Positions 1-12,270 of a DNA stretch of 64,000 bases are shown piece by piece (the stretch's first letter is position 1; each line of letters starts with the position of its first letter). Position numbers and translations under genes: made by a program. The notes beneath the pieces were generated by a model. That model was not told where the DNA came from, did no database searches, and saw nothing but the letters and a program-made list of their open reading frames with translations. Location: assembly GCA_004022145.1 (NCBI GenBank), contig RCNU01000006.1; one strand, given 5' to 3'. Origin of the DNA: Paecilomyces variotii. Lineage: Eukaryota.

Positions 1-194
1 TAATTTTATAAAGATATCTTTAATATATAGCTTAATCTAAATTTAAGCTCCTTAAGCTATATCTTATTTATTAAGCCTGCCTGCAACAGCCTATTTTAGT
101 CTAAATCAGCTAGATAGAGATCCCATAGCTAGTCCTAGTATCAACTACCTTATTCTATTTGTTCTGACCTGCTTCCTGAGCCCGCACCTTGACA
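1..194. mobile_element. AT-rich, RIP-like transposon relic, possibly the 3' end of an LTR (ends ...CCTTGACA)
   Basis: TpA-rich, CpA/CpG-poor composition like the Copia element at 33-39 kb; ends in TGACA at 190-194. The rest of the element would lie outside the window. Confidence 0.35.
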
Positions 195-266
195 ATAAGA
201 GGCCTTAAGTCCCTATAGGCTTCTGCACTTTTAGTTACTCTATACTGGCATTTTCCGCGTCTAAGA

Positions 267-309
267 GGATCTGATTGGCCTGAGAGACCTGAGGGGATCT
301 GATTGGCCT
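267..309. promoter_or_regulatory. Direct repeat GGATCTGATTGGCCT x2 containing CCAAT boxes (ATTGG) upstream of the SAP-domain gene
   Basis: Identical 15-mers at 267-281 and 295-309; function inferred. Confidence 0.4.
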
Positions 310-541
310 AACGCGCTTCGCGCTAAAGTTTTACAACATTTACTTAGATTAGATGTACTTGTAGTTAGTTAAGTTCGCTCTGGCCAGATGCTGACTAAAT
401 CATCGTGTCATCCACGTGATGGTGATGCGCGCCGCAAGTTTGCCCTCGCGGTTGGTGAAGTCAACACGCTGTTGACAAGGCGATCCTTTCATCTTTGCCT
501 ATTTCCTTTATTCACTCGGATCTACCGCTCAACAACTCCAG

Positions 542-675
542 GTAGCCATGCGCGGATCCTGTCTTTAATTTACTCAATCTTCTATTACCAACCTAAAGTC
601 CTCAAACAATAGCCGGTGTCGACGTCAGCGCCCTTTCGCAAAGCATTATCGTTCATCTCATCCTCCTAACCACAG
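542..675 (+). other. Probable 5'-UTR spliceosomal intron of the SAP-domain gene
   Basis: G|GTAGCC donor at 542, CTAAC branch at 666-670, CAG acceptor at 673-675, ending 21 nt before the ATG at 697. Confidence 0.55.
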
Positions 676-696
676 GACGACCAAAGTTTGGCCAAG

Positions 697-1572
697 ATGG
701 CGACCGACTACAGCAAGAAGACGAATGCGGAGCTGATCGAGATCCTAAAGTCTCGTTCCTTGCCGCACAATGGCAAGAAGGCCGACCTGATCGCGCGCCT
801 TCAAGAAGACGATAGCAAAACCAACACGGACGCCCCCGCCGCTGCTCCGGCCGTTGCATCTGCCGCTAAGACCGATAATGCAGAGGATGTAATCGACTGG
901 GAGGACGACGAAGTGAAGCCTTCTACTGAAGCAGGTGCTGCGGCCATGGCTGCCGGCGGAAAGGGCGAGGTTCCGAATCCTGTCGCAGTTCCAAATCAGC
1001 AGCTCGACACTGATCCTGCCAAGACGGACGACCTAAAGGTCGAGTCAAAGGGGAATGCTCCTGCCACTGCCATCACCGAAGAAAAGGCAGAGAAAGCAGC
1101 TACTGCTGCGGAAGAAACTCCCGCCGAGCCGGAGAAGCCAGCTGTCGACTACAGCATTGGTCTGCCTTCTACGGAGGTCGAGGAGGAGCTAAGGAAGCGT
1201 AAAGCTCGTGCGGAGAAATTTGGGATTGTCGAGGACTCGCAGACGGCTCTGCAGGAGGCAGAGAAGGCGGTTGCCAGGGCCAAGCGCTTCGGTGCCACAA
1301 CTGACGGAGACGCCAAGGTTGCTATCAAGGGTCTGGACCAACCGCTGCCAGATGAAAAGTCACGCAAGAGAGGCCGCGGTGATAATGAACAGGGTGGTCG
1401 AGGAGGCAAGCGACGCGATTTCAATGGAAGGAACAGAAACCGCCGTCGCGGCAATGGTGGTGGAAACGGTGGAAATCGCAACCGCAATGAGACCGAGGCG
1501 AAGCCTGCCTTGAGTGAGAAAGACCGTCTGGCGCTGGAGGCTCGAAAGAAGCGCTTCGCGACTGCTGCGTAA
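697..1572 (+). CDS. tho1: SAP-domain RNA-binding/mRNP protein, Tho1/MOS11/SARNP(CIP29)-like
   Basis: ATG at 697 (MATDYSKK). N-terminal SAP motif (ELIEILKSRSLPHNGKKADLIARL), repeated R-A-x-R/K-F-G motifs (RKARAEKFG, ARAKRFG, ARKKRFA) and an RG/N-rich tail. Confidence 0.85.
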   Translation: MATDYSKKTNAELIEILKSRSLPHNGKKADLIARLQEDDSKTNTDAPAAAPAVASAAKTDNAEDVIDWEDDEVKPSTEAGAAAMAAGGKGEVPNPVAVPNQQLDTDPAKTDDLKVESKGNAPATAITEEKAEKAATAAEETPAEPEKPAVDYSIGLPSTEVEEELRKRKARAEKFGIVEDSQTALQEAEKAVARAKRFGATTDGDAKVAIKGLDQPLPDEKSRKRGRGDNEQGGRGGKRRDFNGRNRNRRRGNGGGNGGNRNRNETEAKPALSEKDRLALEARKKRFATAA

Positions 1573-4500
1573 TACAACTATCGACGGTATTCGCCGTTCT
1601 ATCACTCTTTTCTTGACATCTTTTCCTACTTTACAGGCGTTTGTGGATGGATTTTATCGGAATGAAAGGCCTTTTTACTCTCGAATCGGCGAGTTCTTCG
1701 ATTTTCTTATTATTTTGGAGGGGCCTTTGAGACTGGGATGAAAGTAGAAGACCAGGGTCTATTGAGGAGGAGAATAGGCGAACGCGGGTTGGAAGACTGG
1801 CGCTTCCAATTGCACTGTAAAACAACCGTCAGCGGACAGACAAACTTTGGAAAATCCCTTTAAGCGCATACACCCGAAGAAACGTAGAAGCCTGCCTGTT
1901 ACTACTGGGAAATTTCGGACATGAGAGGACAGTGTTCGCATACATACAGCATACGTTGCATAATACTTGGTACATACACTGACTACTTACTCGGCGAGAG
2001 TGCAACAGGAACACTGCCTCAGCGGGGGCTGTTCCGCTGTCATGATAAACGGCAAAACTGAATCCGTCATGTCTACCATACGGCGGTCGTGGATCCGTAG
2101 AGAAGCTTCAACAACCGAGAGAATTCTCCGAAATAGACGGTGGCGAAGTGAGTGAAGCTTCACCAAGCTGCGAGATACATACAGTTACCAGTATGCATCA
2201 TGGCAGCTGAAAGAGCGCTGCCGGCGCAGTCAGTTGCAGCGCCCGGGCGGTACCTGCAGCGAACCAGCGCCGAGTCGCCGCCCGCGAACAGCCCGAAAAT
2301 AACTCTGCCTGCAGTAGTCTTTGCGACGATGTCCCAGCGACCGCTCGATCTGATCCAACGCCAGCTGATGTCGCTGCAGATCGATCTGGGATCTACAGCT
2401 GCAGCACGGAGTACTCCGTGCGGGCGATTGCCGTTCAAGCTCTCCAGGAAGCTTCTGCATGTTGGTGACCTTCTACTGCATGAGGAAAGGCAGGCTCTTT
2501 TCGTGTCTTGATAACCCTCTAACTCCGTATAGGTCTCGAGTCTGCCCGTCGAGCGGGAAATGGATCTCACCACTGGATAAGCGGTACTAAGTACGTACTC
2601 CGTACTAGCAGGCGTTCTCATTCACGGGGCGCTATCGGCCAACCATACAGAATTCAAAACAGCTCACTCCGGAATTTACAGTAACAATTGCTTAGAGCCC
2701 GGGCTTCCCCTCCGCAGCTTCTGTGCGTCTCTTCGCCTCTGCTAAAGGCTTCGTTTAGCCGCCTGGTCTCCACAACCGGCATGGACCCTAAAGTATCCCG
2801 TGCGAATCCAGTTTCTTGGGTGCCGTTTACTGGATGTGAGAGGATTGTCCTAAGTCGAACGGTGGATGTGATACCGCTGTTAACGCATGCCCGTAAACCA
2901 GTCCGCGATCAAATCATATGCTTACTTCCACATGGTTCAGCACGGGCTCTAGGAACTTTGACAGAACCTGGAACCATAGAACGACCGGTCAGAGGTGGAT
3001 CATGGTCCCTGGCATCTCTATATGGTCATCTATGGTCAAGCATGGCGGGGTTCCATGTGGGACTGGAAGAGCACAAACCGCTCAGTTACCCTTGAAACGG
3101 ACTTGCGCATGTTCTTTTCAAATCAGTCAGTCTAGATGCTCTCTATGGGAGTGATCGGTTGTGATGAAGCGGAGCGAGTGTGAGGGTTCAAGGACGAAAC
3201 AGGGAGTCGGCTGCGGAGAGGTGACGCCAGCGAGATATCTCCTGTGTTCACAGTAGTAGTGTTCGTCAAGCTTTTGCAGAAGCAGAGAGGGAACAGCATC
3301 CAACAGGGAATATCCCAACAACTTGTGATGGGTAGCAACTGGGTGACCATCTGCATGTGTTGAGTCAAGACTGTTGGGGTAGGTATCTAGCTGGGTGCCT
3401 CTTCGTCAGGTGCTTGCGCTGTAAGTATGGCGATACCCGAGCATGTCTGAAGTATTGCGACTCGAAATGCTTTCTATGCCACCAACCACAATTTGCGGAT
3501 CCTTCAAATCAGTTCATAACAAGCTTGTTTATCCTACATTTGCGATGATGAACCCTCGCAGATGGTCCGTGGTAGGTATTATTTAGTCTTGCTAGAGACC
3601 AAGACCATATTTAATGATGTTGCGGGACAGTCGAGAAATGTGTATCGGTGTCTCCGATGTTGGCTGCATAGTTCCTGTGCTCTGAGAGCCGTTCGTAGGC
3701 TGTTAAAAATCTGGCCATCTGTGCGATCAGCAAGGCCACAGTTATAACTACTACTTATGAGAGCGTTCGGTTGTCATATTCTTCTTCCAAGCCCTCGAGA
3801 TCTGCATGGCGTCGGCGTCTCCGTGGCGCCTGGAGATGCAACTGGTCACTGACCACCACCTGACCCACGAAGCCCTTTCTCACCTCGTTCGCTCTTTCAT
3901 GCTCGCACAACCGCCGGAAAACATATGTGCTGTACCAGTACAGAGCTGTTTCGAGCTCTCGTCTAGGGACTATCGAACGCTGGTCAATAATATGGCCGGG
4001 AAGAAGAGGCTGCGCATGCGGCCCCATGCCATACAACGCCACTGCTCTGCATCGCAGCCTGTCAGCTTTGCCTGCGCTTAGCGCTGCCTCTGTGCTCTGA
4101 CTCTGCGGCGTCAGGAGCATGCCCGGCATCGCAAGCAAAAATCCTTTGGATATACTCAACCGGATACCTTTCTAAAACGATACAAACGGCCTCCGTGTGG
4201 ATCTATCCGTCCATAGTCTCTTATCCAACCGTGGAATGCCCTCCCAAGGCTGTTCACCCGCTGCTCGGCCCCGTTCCCGCCCGTAACTCTACCGGACCGT
4301 CGTCAAGCATGGATTGTCAACCAGTGTGAATGAAGAAGTGACCGATTATCACCCTGCTCAATTCAAGAGCTTGTCTAGGGGAGCGTACGAGAGACGCCAG
4401 GTCTGCTGAGAGATTCCAATGAGCCGCCGCTCTCGGAATTCCCCACCATGAGGGTTAATCCTGTCTTGTCCATATCTGTCCTGAAAACCCAACAGAGCCT

Positions 4501-5181
4501 TCGGGCTCTCGAGAGTTATCAACCCTGTGCTCAACTTCTTCCCGCCCTCTTTGATTTCTGTAGTCTCAGTTCTGTATACTTCAGGCACTGGGGAGGTGAC
4601 GTGGTTTTGCGCCTCTGGCTACAAGCGAGCCTGGCTCGCCTGCAAAATTAGCCACTCTCCCCGACGACGGCCCCTCCGTACTGTGGCGGAGCAGGTGCAT
4701 AATTGTACCCAATATTCTAATTTCATGCTTGATTTTTGACAGCTTCTTGTGCCAGTCTGTTGTTACTTGCCTATGTGTGCAGTTATTTAACTTGGACTCT
4801 TCTTCTATAGAGGATCTTACAACCGGTGGCTAGTTCCTTTTCATCGCACATCATCCTGCTCATGTGCCGCTTCAGCGAATACCCCAGCATACTTTCTTTT
4901 CAAGATCATTTTTTCTATTATGGTTTTCACTTACATGTTTAATGTTCTTACTCGCAAGCGATATATAAGCTCTGAAGATGTGAGTGGACGCAGCTGTGCC
5001 AAATCTACCAGGCTTCTTGTACAGGGACTTACAACATCACAGCAACGCAACAACCGGGCGATCTATCTAATACAAGTTGGGCTTCGTCAGACGTGATGAT
5101 TCTATATTTCCAGTTATCAGGTTTATTGTCGGATCTTCTATCTTCGGCCCTGGAGCCGAAATTGCGAGATAGGGTCACACC

Positions 5182-8100
5182 ATGTCGTCGTACGGACCGG
5201 ACAGGGGTCGATTCCTGAGACCCAGAGAGCTGGTTCCCCAGTCTCGAGATCCGCGAGATACAACAGCGTCCCGCCCCATGGCTTCCACAGGCCTTCCTGT
5301 TCCACAGTCATCGAGGCCACAGATTGCACGTTCAACTTCCGTCGCTGCTAGGAAGAAGAGCACGTCGTTGGCATCCGAAACCGAGGATAGCCGCCGGGTG
5401 ATGACGCCTCGCCCTCCTATCTCAACTTCATCATCTAGTAACGGTGCACGCCCATCACTAATTCCAAGGCCATCTGGAGGGGCCTCATCAATTCCTCAGA
5501 GACGTCTTTCAGTTAATCTGTCAACTCCAGGCCGAACCATGCAACCACCTAGTGTGGTGCAAGCACCACCTATTGCAGCTCAGTCGAGTAGACAAGCCCC
5601 TGTCGTCAAGGACCGTCCCCGGAATGTTCTACGCAGGAAAGCTCCTTTGATTGGCAAACCTGCTGAAGGTATCAAGAGATTGTCAGGACTGTCAGATGTT
5701 GAGTTATTGCGCGCAAACATGGCAGGCAACACCATAGTCCCGAAGCCTCAGCAGTTTTCGAAGATAGATACTGCGCAGGTTGAGTTGCCCCGTCATCCTG
5801 AACCACCTCCGGGGCAGGTAACGCCTGTACTTCCATCCCATTATCCGCAGTCACAAAGTGAGAAGAAACTAGTCGAGTCTTCAACTAGGGACATTCCCAA
5901 AGAACTTGCTAGCCTATCAACTCATAACCTCCCACCGCCGACGCCACACTTTGCCTCCGCCAGCAGTCCTTCCACGCATTACTCTGGATCACCGGGCATG
6001 TGGAGCAGGGAATCAACCCCAACTTCCCTGTCATCTTATTCGCCCGGGATTGTTCAGCCAACAAAGGTTGGTTACCGCTTGAGGCAACCAAGTCCTACTC
6101 AGGCCAGGTTACCAGTACCATCCAGGGCTCTGGCATCCAGTCCGCAAATAGAAAGGACAGACGCAAGTGCTACGAGGTTGCGGTATCCGGCTAAAACACA
6201 GACTCCTGATCCATCTACTAGATCAAGCCAGAAAGACCAACAGAAAGGTATTGTAGGTGCTAGGGATCTCAGCAAGAGTCCCGCAGCTCCGCCGCGCAAA
6301 TCATCTGTGAACTTCAGACAGCAAGCGCGAAACGTAACAGATGACGTTATTAAGAAGCAGGAGGATGAGCGCCATTTTGAGGAAGCTGAACGACGTGTGT
6401 TTTCCCCTCGAATGTCCGAGGAGACAATCACACAACAACCCGCATCTACACCCAGTGTGCCTCCGAGGCCCAGCCGCGAAGGAACCGAGAAACTCGAGTT
6501 GAAGCCATCTCCTGTGATCAAGAGCAACTTGCCTTATCTGCGAACGACCGGACACAAACGGCGTGAGTCAGCAGAGGAACTACATCTAGGCGACCAATCT
6601 CACCCAGCTCCCTCACAGCCAGCTGCAGCATCTGTTGAATCATTTCAGTCAAGAAGCTCTGCCCGGCTACCGTCCCAGCCATCGGCCCACCAAGGAAGCC
6701 GTGCAAAGTCAACGAGAACTCTAACAAAGACTCCACCTCAGGACAAGAAGGCTGTGCCTTCATCCCCCAGCAAGCGTTTTGGAATCTTTGCTAAGAAGCC
6801 CAAGAGTAACGCAGATCTACAGTCCGCGAACCTCAGCGACAGACCGACTAGGAAGGGGCCTGTTGCAGGAACTGGTCATGAGGGCTACGGGAGATATGCC
6901 CAGCGGGGTCGACGACCTAGCGTTGGCAGCACCAGCGGTAGCAGAGGAAGGTCGACTAGCACCACACGCAGTGCGGCAAAGTCAGCTTCCAGCAGCAAGA
7001 GCAGTCTTCACGGCTCTGATGGTCCAGAAATTGATGACTTTCTACTTGACCGTCTCGAACCTGTTGTCATCAATGGCGGTGGAATGGATGGCGCGCAGCT
7101 TCTTCGAGTACGCAGCGAGCAGACCACCGGCACTCACAGCAATGCCTCGACGGTAAATCTGGCGATATATGCAAAGAATGCAAAGCAAGGAGCTTATTCG
7201 ACAGGTTCGCTTGTGCCAATTCCAGGTCCTCCTGGTCAGTCCCAGCCCGAACCATGGAAGCAAGACCATTCCCACGCGCAAACGGAGAATGCAAAATTGC
7301 GTCCTGTCGTAAGCAAGCGCATTTCGTTCCGGAGGTCACAGCTCTTTGGCAACAAGAATGAAGGAAAGCCCGTGTCGCCAAGTGGAATTAAAGCAGACAC
7401 CCCGGCATCGCACCGGCCGGAGAAGACCGATCGTTCGACTGTTCCTCTGCTTCCTGACGTACAGCCGATTATCTCCACCTCACCAGATCGCAAAGGGAAA
7501 AGCAAGGAGGATCCGAACCGCAAGCCAAAGCTACGGGCTAAGACGTCGCGGTGGAACTTTTTCCAGAGAAGCCAAGCAGTGGGGCGTTCAGAGCTGGTGC
7601 ACGACAATAATGTAAAACCTGCGACTACTGAGCTTCCTGTGGCCGTCGCTCCCGTTCCAGGCAGCCGAACGATACCTCATTATGCTCTCCTAGATACTTC
7701 TTCAGACTCTCTGGATGATATCCTGCATCACGTGGAGGAGTCACCACCAACCGAGACGGAATATCTAGAGCCATCTGCTGATGTCCCTCCTGGTCTGAAC
7801 ATCATCAGACGGCACGAGTCTATCCTGCTGCCATCTCCACCCCTGTTGCAAGCTGAACGTCTCCCAGAAGGCCGGTCCTCACCCAAGGTATACTTTCGCA
7901 ATGATCCCCAAGGTTCTGGACAACTGGAAACGGTTCAGAAGGCTCGTCGGGTTCGTCTTGCTTCCGTTGGCCGGATTCCGCCGGTTATTTCGCGGAGAGA
8001 TAGACAGCATAAACCAGCCACGCAGTCATTCTCTAGGCCTTTCAGTCGCGAGGATGCTCCTTCATTGACGGTCACGGCTGGTGATCAGAGCCAGCAACGG

Positions 8101-9888
8101 TACGTGTCCAGTCGCCCAGCTCTCGGGATTCAGACGGACGTTCTACCCAGCAGGCCATTCTACTCAGAACCGGAGACTGCCAAGCCATTCAGTGCCCCTA
8201 TCCCTGCCGCAGAATTCAGGTTCCCAGCCGGAGCTTATGCGGATGACGAGTTCCTGGCATTATCCCCGAGAAAAGAGTCCGTTATATCAGGATCCAGCAG
8301 CTCAGAAGGAAAACCGAGTCTGGCAGATGTGACTGCTGTCGCCGCGGAACCAGGATCTAGGCCCACCGAGGACGAAGTGTGGAATGAGTATGATGATCTG
8401 ATTGATAATCTCTCCCCAGAAACGTCGAATGCCAAGGCAAGGAATGAATGTGCAGCGGACGACTCCTTCAAGCTGGCAACAAAGGCGAGCAAGACGTTGC
8501 AAGCTGAACTGAATGCTCATGAACCCGGCCGGGCAACTTCTAATTCTGCTGGTCCTGAACAAGAGTCGGCTAGGTCCAGCACCAGTTCTGTCCGTCTTCG
8601 TCGGTCGACAATCGCAACCGCTTTACACTCGTCTATTAGTCCATGTACTCAGGTCTCATTCAGCGAACTGATTGGCGGATACGCTGAACGGAACACAGAA
8701 AGCATGGACCTCACGCCACAAGCTAATCCATCCATCGTTGTTCAGGGCGAGCAGCCTGCGACGTTCTTGCGATCGCCTTCGCGTTCACGGTCGACAAGCT
8801 TTGAGTCCGCTCGCCATCGTAACACTATCCTGTCAGATCTTGCTGAACGAGAGAGACAAGGAGCTATGGCACAGGCCAATCTTCGTTCTGGGTCTCTAAT
8901 GACCAGCAGGTGGTTGTCATTTGGACGAGTACTCTTCAGTCCTGCGCACAATATGATAAAGTCGCGAGAGCAAGAGCGTATACTGGTTATTGATGGACTG
9001 GGAAACGATGACTGGTCGTTCTACTGTGCCTTAACCTACCCCACCGCTACTGTCTACAGCTTAATAATGGGGCCTTCTCCCTCCCCTTCCACCAACCCAG
9101 AGGCCTGGCAGCCCCCTGCTAACCATCAGAGCGTCCACCATGGAAGCATGGAAGAGCAGTTTCCTTTCCCGAAACGATTCTTTTCGGTCTGTGTCCTTCG
9201 CTTCCCGGCCGCTTGTTCTGAAGCTGCACAACGCAATATCATTTCGGAGTGCAAGCGAGTTCTGCGCCCTGGTGGCTACCTTGAGATGAGCGTACTTGAT
9301 TTGGACCTAGTGAATATGGGTAACCGGACACGGCGAACAATGCGAATGTTGAAGGAGAGAATATGCATGTCAGACCCACGGATCAGCTTGAAGCCGGCTA
9401 GTGATAGCATCCAGCGACTCCTTGGGAGACGTGGGTTTGAAAACCTCAACCGTTGTATGGTGAGCATTCCTGTGGCCCGGGCAATCGCTGGCTCTTCAGA
9501 CTCTTCAGCTTCGGGTCATTCAGTCACGACAGCCGCTGTGTCGACATCAACGGGCTGTTCAGCGCGGGTGGGATCTGCTAGGGAGCCACGCGGTCGGCGG
9601 AAGAGTCCTTCTGATGACGGCGAGGTCTCTCTTGGTGATCTCCTTTCTGATCCATCTCCGTCGGCATCCAATGATGAATCCATCGCCAAGATTGTCGCGA
9701 AGGTGGGCAGGTGGTGGTTCACGCGCTGCTATGAGATGCCCGTCCTGCCCGACGGAGACCTGGACCACAGCATCTGGGCGGATAAGAAGCTTCTGCGGGA
9801 GTGTCAGAAGCGAGGAACCGGGTTCAGACTATTGATCGGCTATGCGCAGAAGCCGAGCGAGGTGAAACGGAGGACTGCCAGCGTTTAA
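5182..9888 (+). CDS. Large S/P/R-rich protein with C-terminal class I SAM-methyltransferase-like (Methyltransf_11-like) domain
   Basis: Intronless 1568-aa ORF. Low-complexity N-terminal ~1200 aa, then ILVIDGLGNDDW...FPFPKRFFSVCVLRFP...ECKRVLRPGGYLE. Confidence 0.85.
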   Translation: MSSYGPDRGRFLRPRELVPQSRDPRDTTASRPMASTGLPVPQSSRPQIARSTSVAARKKSTSLASETEDSRRVMTPRPPISTSSSSNGARPSLIPRPSGGASSIPQRRLSVNLSTPGRTMQPPSVVQAPPIAAQSSRQAPVVKDRPRNVLRRKAPLIGKPAEGIKRLSGLSDVELLRANMAGNTIVPKPQQFSKIDTAQVELPRHPEPPPGQVTPVLPSHYPQSQSEKKLVESSTRDIPKELASLSTHNLPPPTPHFASASSPSTHYSGSPGMWSRESTPTSLSSYSPGIVQPTKVGYRLRQPSPTQARLPVPSRALASSPQIERTDASATRLRYPAKTQTPDPSTRSSQKDQQKGIVGARDLSKSPAAPPRKSSVNFRQQARNVTDDVIKKQEDERHFEEAERRVFSPRMSEETITQQPASTPSVPPRPSREGTEKLELKPSPVIKSNLPYLRTTGHKRRESAEELHLGDQSHPAPSQPAAASVESFQSRSSARLPSQPSAHQGSRAKSTRTLTKTPPQDKKAVPSSPSKRFGIFAKKPKSNADLQSANLSDRPTRKGPVAGTGHEGYGRYAQRGRRPSVGSTSGSRGRSTSTTRSAAKSASSSKSSLHGSDGPEIDDFLLDRLEPVVINGGGMDGAQLLRVRSEQTTGTHSNASTVNLAIYAKNAKQGAYSTGSLVPIPGPPGQSQPEPWKQDHSHAQTENAKLRPVVSKRISFRRSQLFGNKNEGKPVSPSGIKADTPASHRPEKTDRSTVPLLPDVQPIISTSPDRKGKSKEDPNRKPKLRAKTSRWNFFQRSQAVGRSELVHDNNVKPATTELPVAVAPVPGSRTIPHYALLDTSSDSLDDILHHVEESPPTETEYLEPSADVPPGLNIIRRHESILLPSPPLLQAERLPEGRSSPKVYFRNDPQGSGQLETVQKARRVRLASVGRIPPVISRRDRQHKPATQSFSRPFSREDAPSLTVTAGDQSQQRYVSSRPALGIQTDVLPSRPFYSEPETAKPFSAPIPAAEFRFPAGAYADDEFLALSPRKESVISGSSSSEGKPSLADVTAVAAEPGSRPTEDEVWNEYDDLIDNLSPETSNAKARNECAADDSFKLATKASKTLQAELNAHEPGRATSNSAGPEQESARSSTSSVRLRRSTIATALHSSISPCTQVSFSELIGGYAERNTESMDLTPQANPSIVVQGEQPATFLRSPSRSRSTSFESARHRNTILSDLAERERQGAMAQANLRSGSLMTSRWLSFGRVLFSPAHNMIKSREQERILVIDGLGNDDWSFYCALTYPTATVYSLIMGPSPSPSTNPEAWQPPANHQSVHHGSMEEQFPFPKRFFSVCVLRFPAACSEAAQRNIISECKRVLRPGGYLEMSVLDLDLVNMGNRTRRTMRMLKERICMSDPRISLKPASDSIQRLLGRRGFENLNRCMVSIPVARAIAGSSDSSASGHSVTTAAVSTSTGCSARVGSAREPRGRRKSPSDDGEVSLGDLLSDPSPSASNDESIAKIVAKVGRWWFTRCYEMPVLPDGDLDHSIWADKKLLRECQKRGTGFRLLIGYAQKPSEVKRRTASV

Positions 9889-12015
9889 TAACGATCCTTT
9901 TTATCCGAAACACGATGTATGATGTCGGGATTACCCTTCAGGGGTACGTTTTATGATTGACCATGACGAGATCACGAACATGACTGTCCCACGACTGCTC
10001 ACGGCCTGGTTACGATTACCAATTTGGTCTAATTATCATTAATCTCGGGATGACTGACATGATTTTTTTTTTTCTTGAACCGCATTTACGAGACACAGAA
10101 TGACTGCATACTGGAACACGCAACAAGACGCATCATGGGCCTCGCGGTCCCTTGCATTGGCGACGAAGTCACGTTTCTTCTAATTCTTGTTCCTTCAATC
10201 ATCCGGGCTGGCCTGTATTGGATATTTTATCTCATTTTTGTGCCTTGCGACTTTGCTATTTGCAGACTGCTATATACCATTTCACTATGTTGGTGGGGTT
10301 GTTTCTTGTCTTTGCTCCGCTCTACCTTTTGATTCTTTTGCTCTCTTGATGAGATGCACGTGCCTTCTGGATGTATAATGATATTCGGTGGCTCTCCTTC
10401 TGTTTGATTCGTGAACATATTTGTGACGGGCGGATGTATGAATATTTTGGAGTTATCTTCCGTCGAACTTAATGCGCCTTAATAGCTTTTTGGGACACTA
10501 ATGCAGATATTCGAGAGATACTCTCTTTAGCCTCAATTGCGACTGCTTTACCAATCAAGGCAGTAGATTGATTCACTAGGAGATTTCTTAACGGCCAGTA
10601 TGCAGGATCTCCTCGACAGGTTGCACGCGACATCGGGATCTAACTTTGTCCGATCGCAGTGATCGGAAGTGCGAAGTGCAGATGAATAAGAATAATGCCT
10701 ACGGAGTTATTATTATTCTTCAGTTCCGGATGCTGTTCGGATGAGCATCCGGATTGCTGGCAGACGATGACTAACTTCGTAAAGCCATGAGACATTTTTC
10801 CATGGTGGGGCCAATCATGTCGCGGGGAGCGTTTCGACGGCGTTCTATCCCCGTGGGCACTCTCTGGAGGGTTCGGTTGAGGTTATTCCCATCCCATCAC
10901 AGCGATACCATATCTCCCGTTGACAACGAGAGCGGGACATGTCTGTCTTCTTGGTCAAAGTACAGACATGCCGTGTGCTTTATTGCGCGTGCAAGCATAG
11001 GATTATCAAGCCAGTTCATGATGCAGGAAAACTAAAGAAGAGAACAGGAAAAGTGACAGCCTCGGCTCGAGTACACAGGGTTGAGGCCAAGCTCACCGCT
11101 AACGACACGCCATCCACGCTTCCTCAATTAGATCCGGCGTTCCGGGTCGTCTCGCTTCCCCACTTTCAAGGCTGAAAGTATAGCAGTAGTGCTTACGGAC
11201 TCAAATACTGGCACACAATGAGAAACTCTACAGGAGTCTAAGTCACTTGCGGATGGAGGAGTCGTCAGCAACCCGGTCTTTCTCTTATCATTAGCGAATG
11301 CCCCCCCGAATGTAGGGACACTTCTATATCCGTGGATGACGTGGCGGCCTGGCGCAGTTGTACAGAGGCACATACTATTATAACACAATTTTTTCGCTGC
11401 AGGCGCTTTGTGAGTGTCCCTGCATTGAGAGTGCGCTTTAGCTGGAATATCACTACTCCCTTTCTTCCTTTTCCTGCACAGTGCGCGTGCTTTCTTTCTG
11501 TCCCATAGCATCCGCTCCAGTTCTCGTCTCTTGCTCTCATCAAGAGCCACATATATGCAGTCACTTTGTCTTTTCTTATCAATAAACAAGAAGAGACAGA
11601 GACAGAGGAAATAAGGAATTACCCGCCTGTTTCCATCTCAGATCTGCTTCGCTGGATATCATGTGATTAATATCACATTGAAACTTGGAATCTGAGGATC
11701 TGCTGATTTATTCCATCTTTTCGTGGTTCATCGATATTATACCCACCCAGTCTGTTGTGATTATTCACACCATACAGTTCCTCGTGAGCGACTGAGACCG
11801 ATCCGCGATCGTCATCCATACTTTCGACCCAGTCAGAGGTTTCCTGATCGACAATTAACAGAGATCCAGAAAGCGATCTACACAAGACTCATACGATCTT
11901 ACAACTACGACATCCCCACTGCTCTTATCTGCAGAGCCACTACCAACCTCTCCATCTTCACCACTACCACACTAAACCCATCTCCGACCAAATCGCAGAA
12001 AGAGCACCAAGCTAG

Positions 12016-12270
12016 ATGGTCTCCATCTCCGCATCTGGTATCATCGCCATCGCCCTCGCCGCCGCCGGGCTCGCCGTCGCCGGCCTGGCTTCTTTTTCAC
12101 ACTACCTCGGCGGCGACGAGGGGAACCTTGTGCGAGACTACCCTCCCGAGCAGGAACAGTATATGAGAAAAGTCAGACAAAGGAATCTTCATATGGCATA
12201 TCTGGAGTCGATTGGGAGGGGGTCGTTAACGAGTCTTCCGACGGGGTCAGGGAGCTTTGTTGCTGCTTGA
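12016..12270 (+). CDS. Small single-pass membrane protein (84 aa)
   Basis: ATG after a CA-rich leader; hydrophobic N-terminus (GIIAIALAAAGLAVAGL); high GC3 in the 5' half; PEQEQYMRKVRQRN motif recalls small fungal TM proteins. Confidence 0.6.
   Translation: MVSISASGIIAIALAAAGLAVAGLASFSHYLGGDEGNLVRDYPPEQEQYMRKVRQRNLHMAYLESIGRGSLTSLPTGSGSFVAA

Noticed and set aside
2152-4739. Cluster of 60-150-aa ORFs between the SAP gene and the methyltransferase-like gene
   Set aside because: No recognisable domain, consistent frame or splice model. A decayed gene is possible but cannot be supported.
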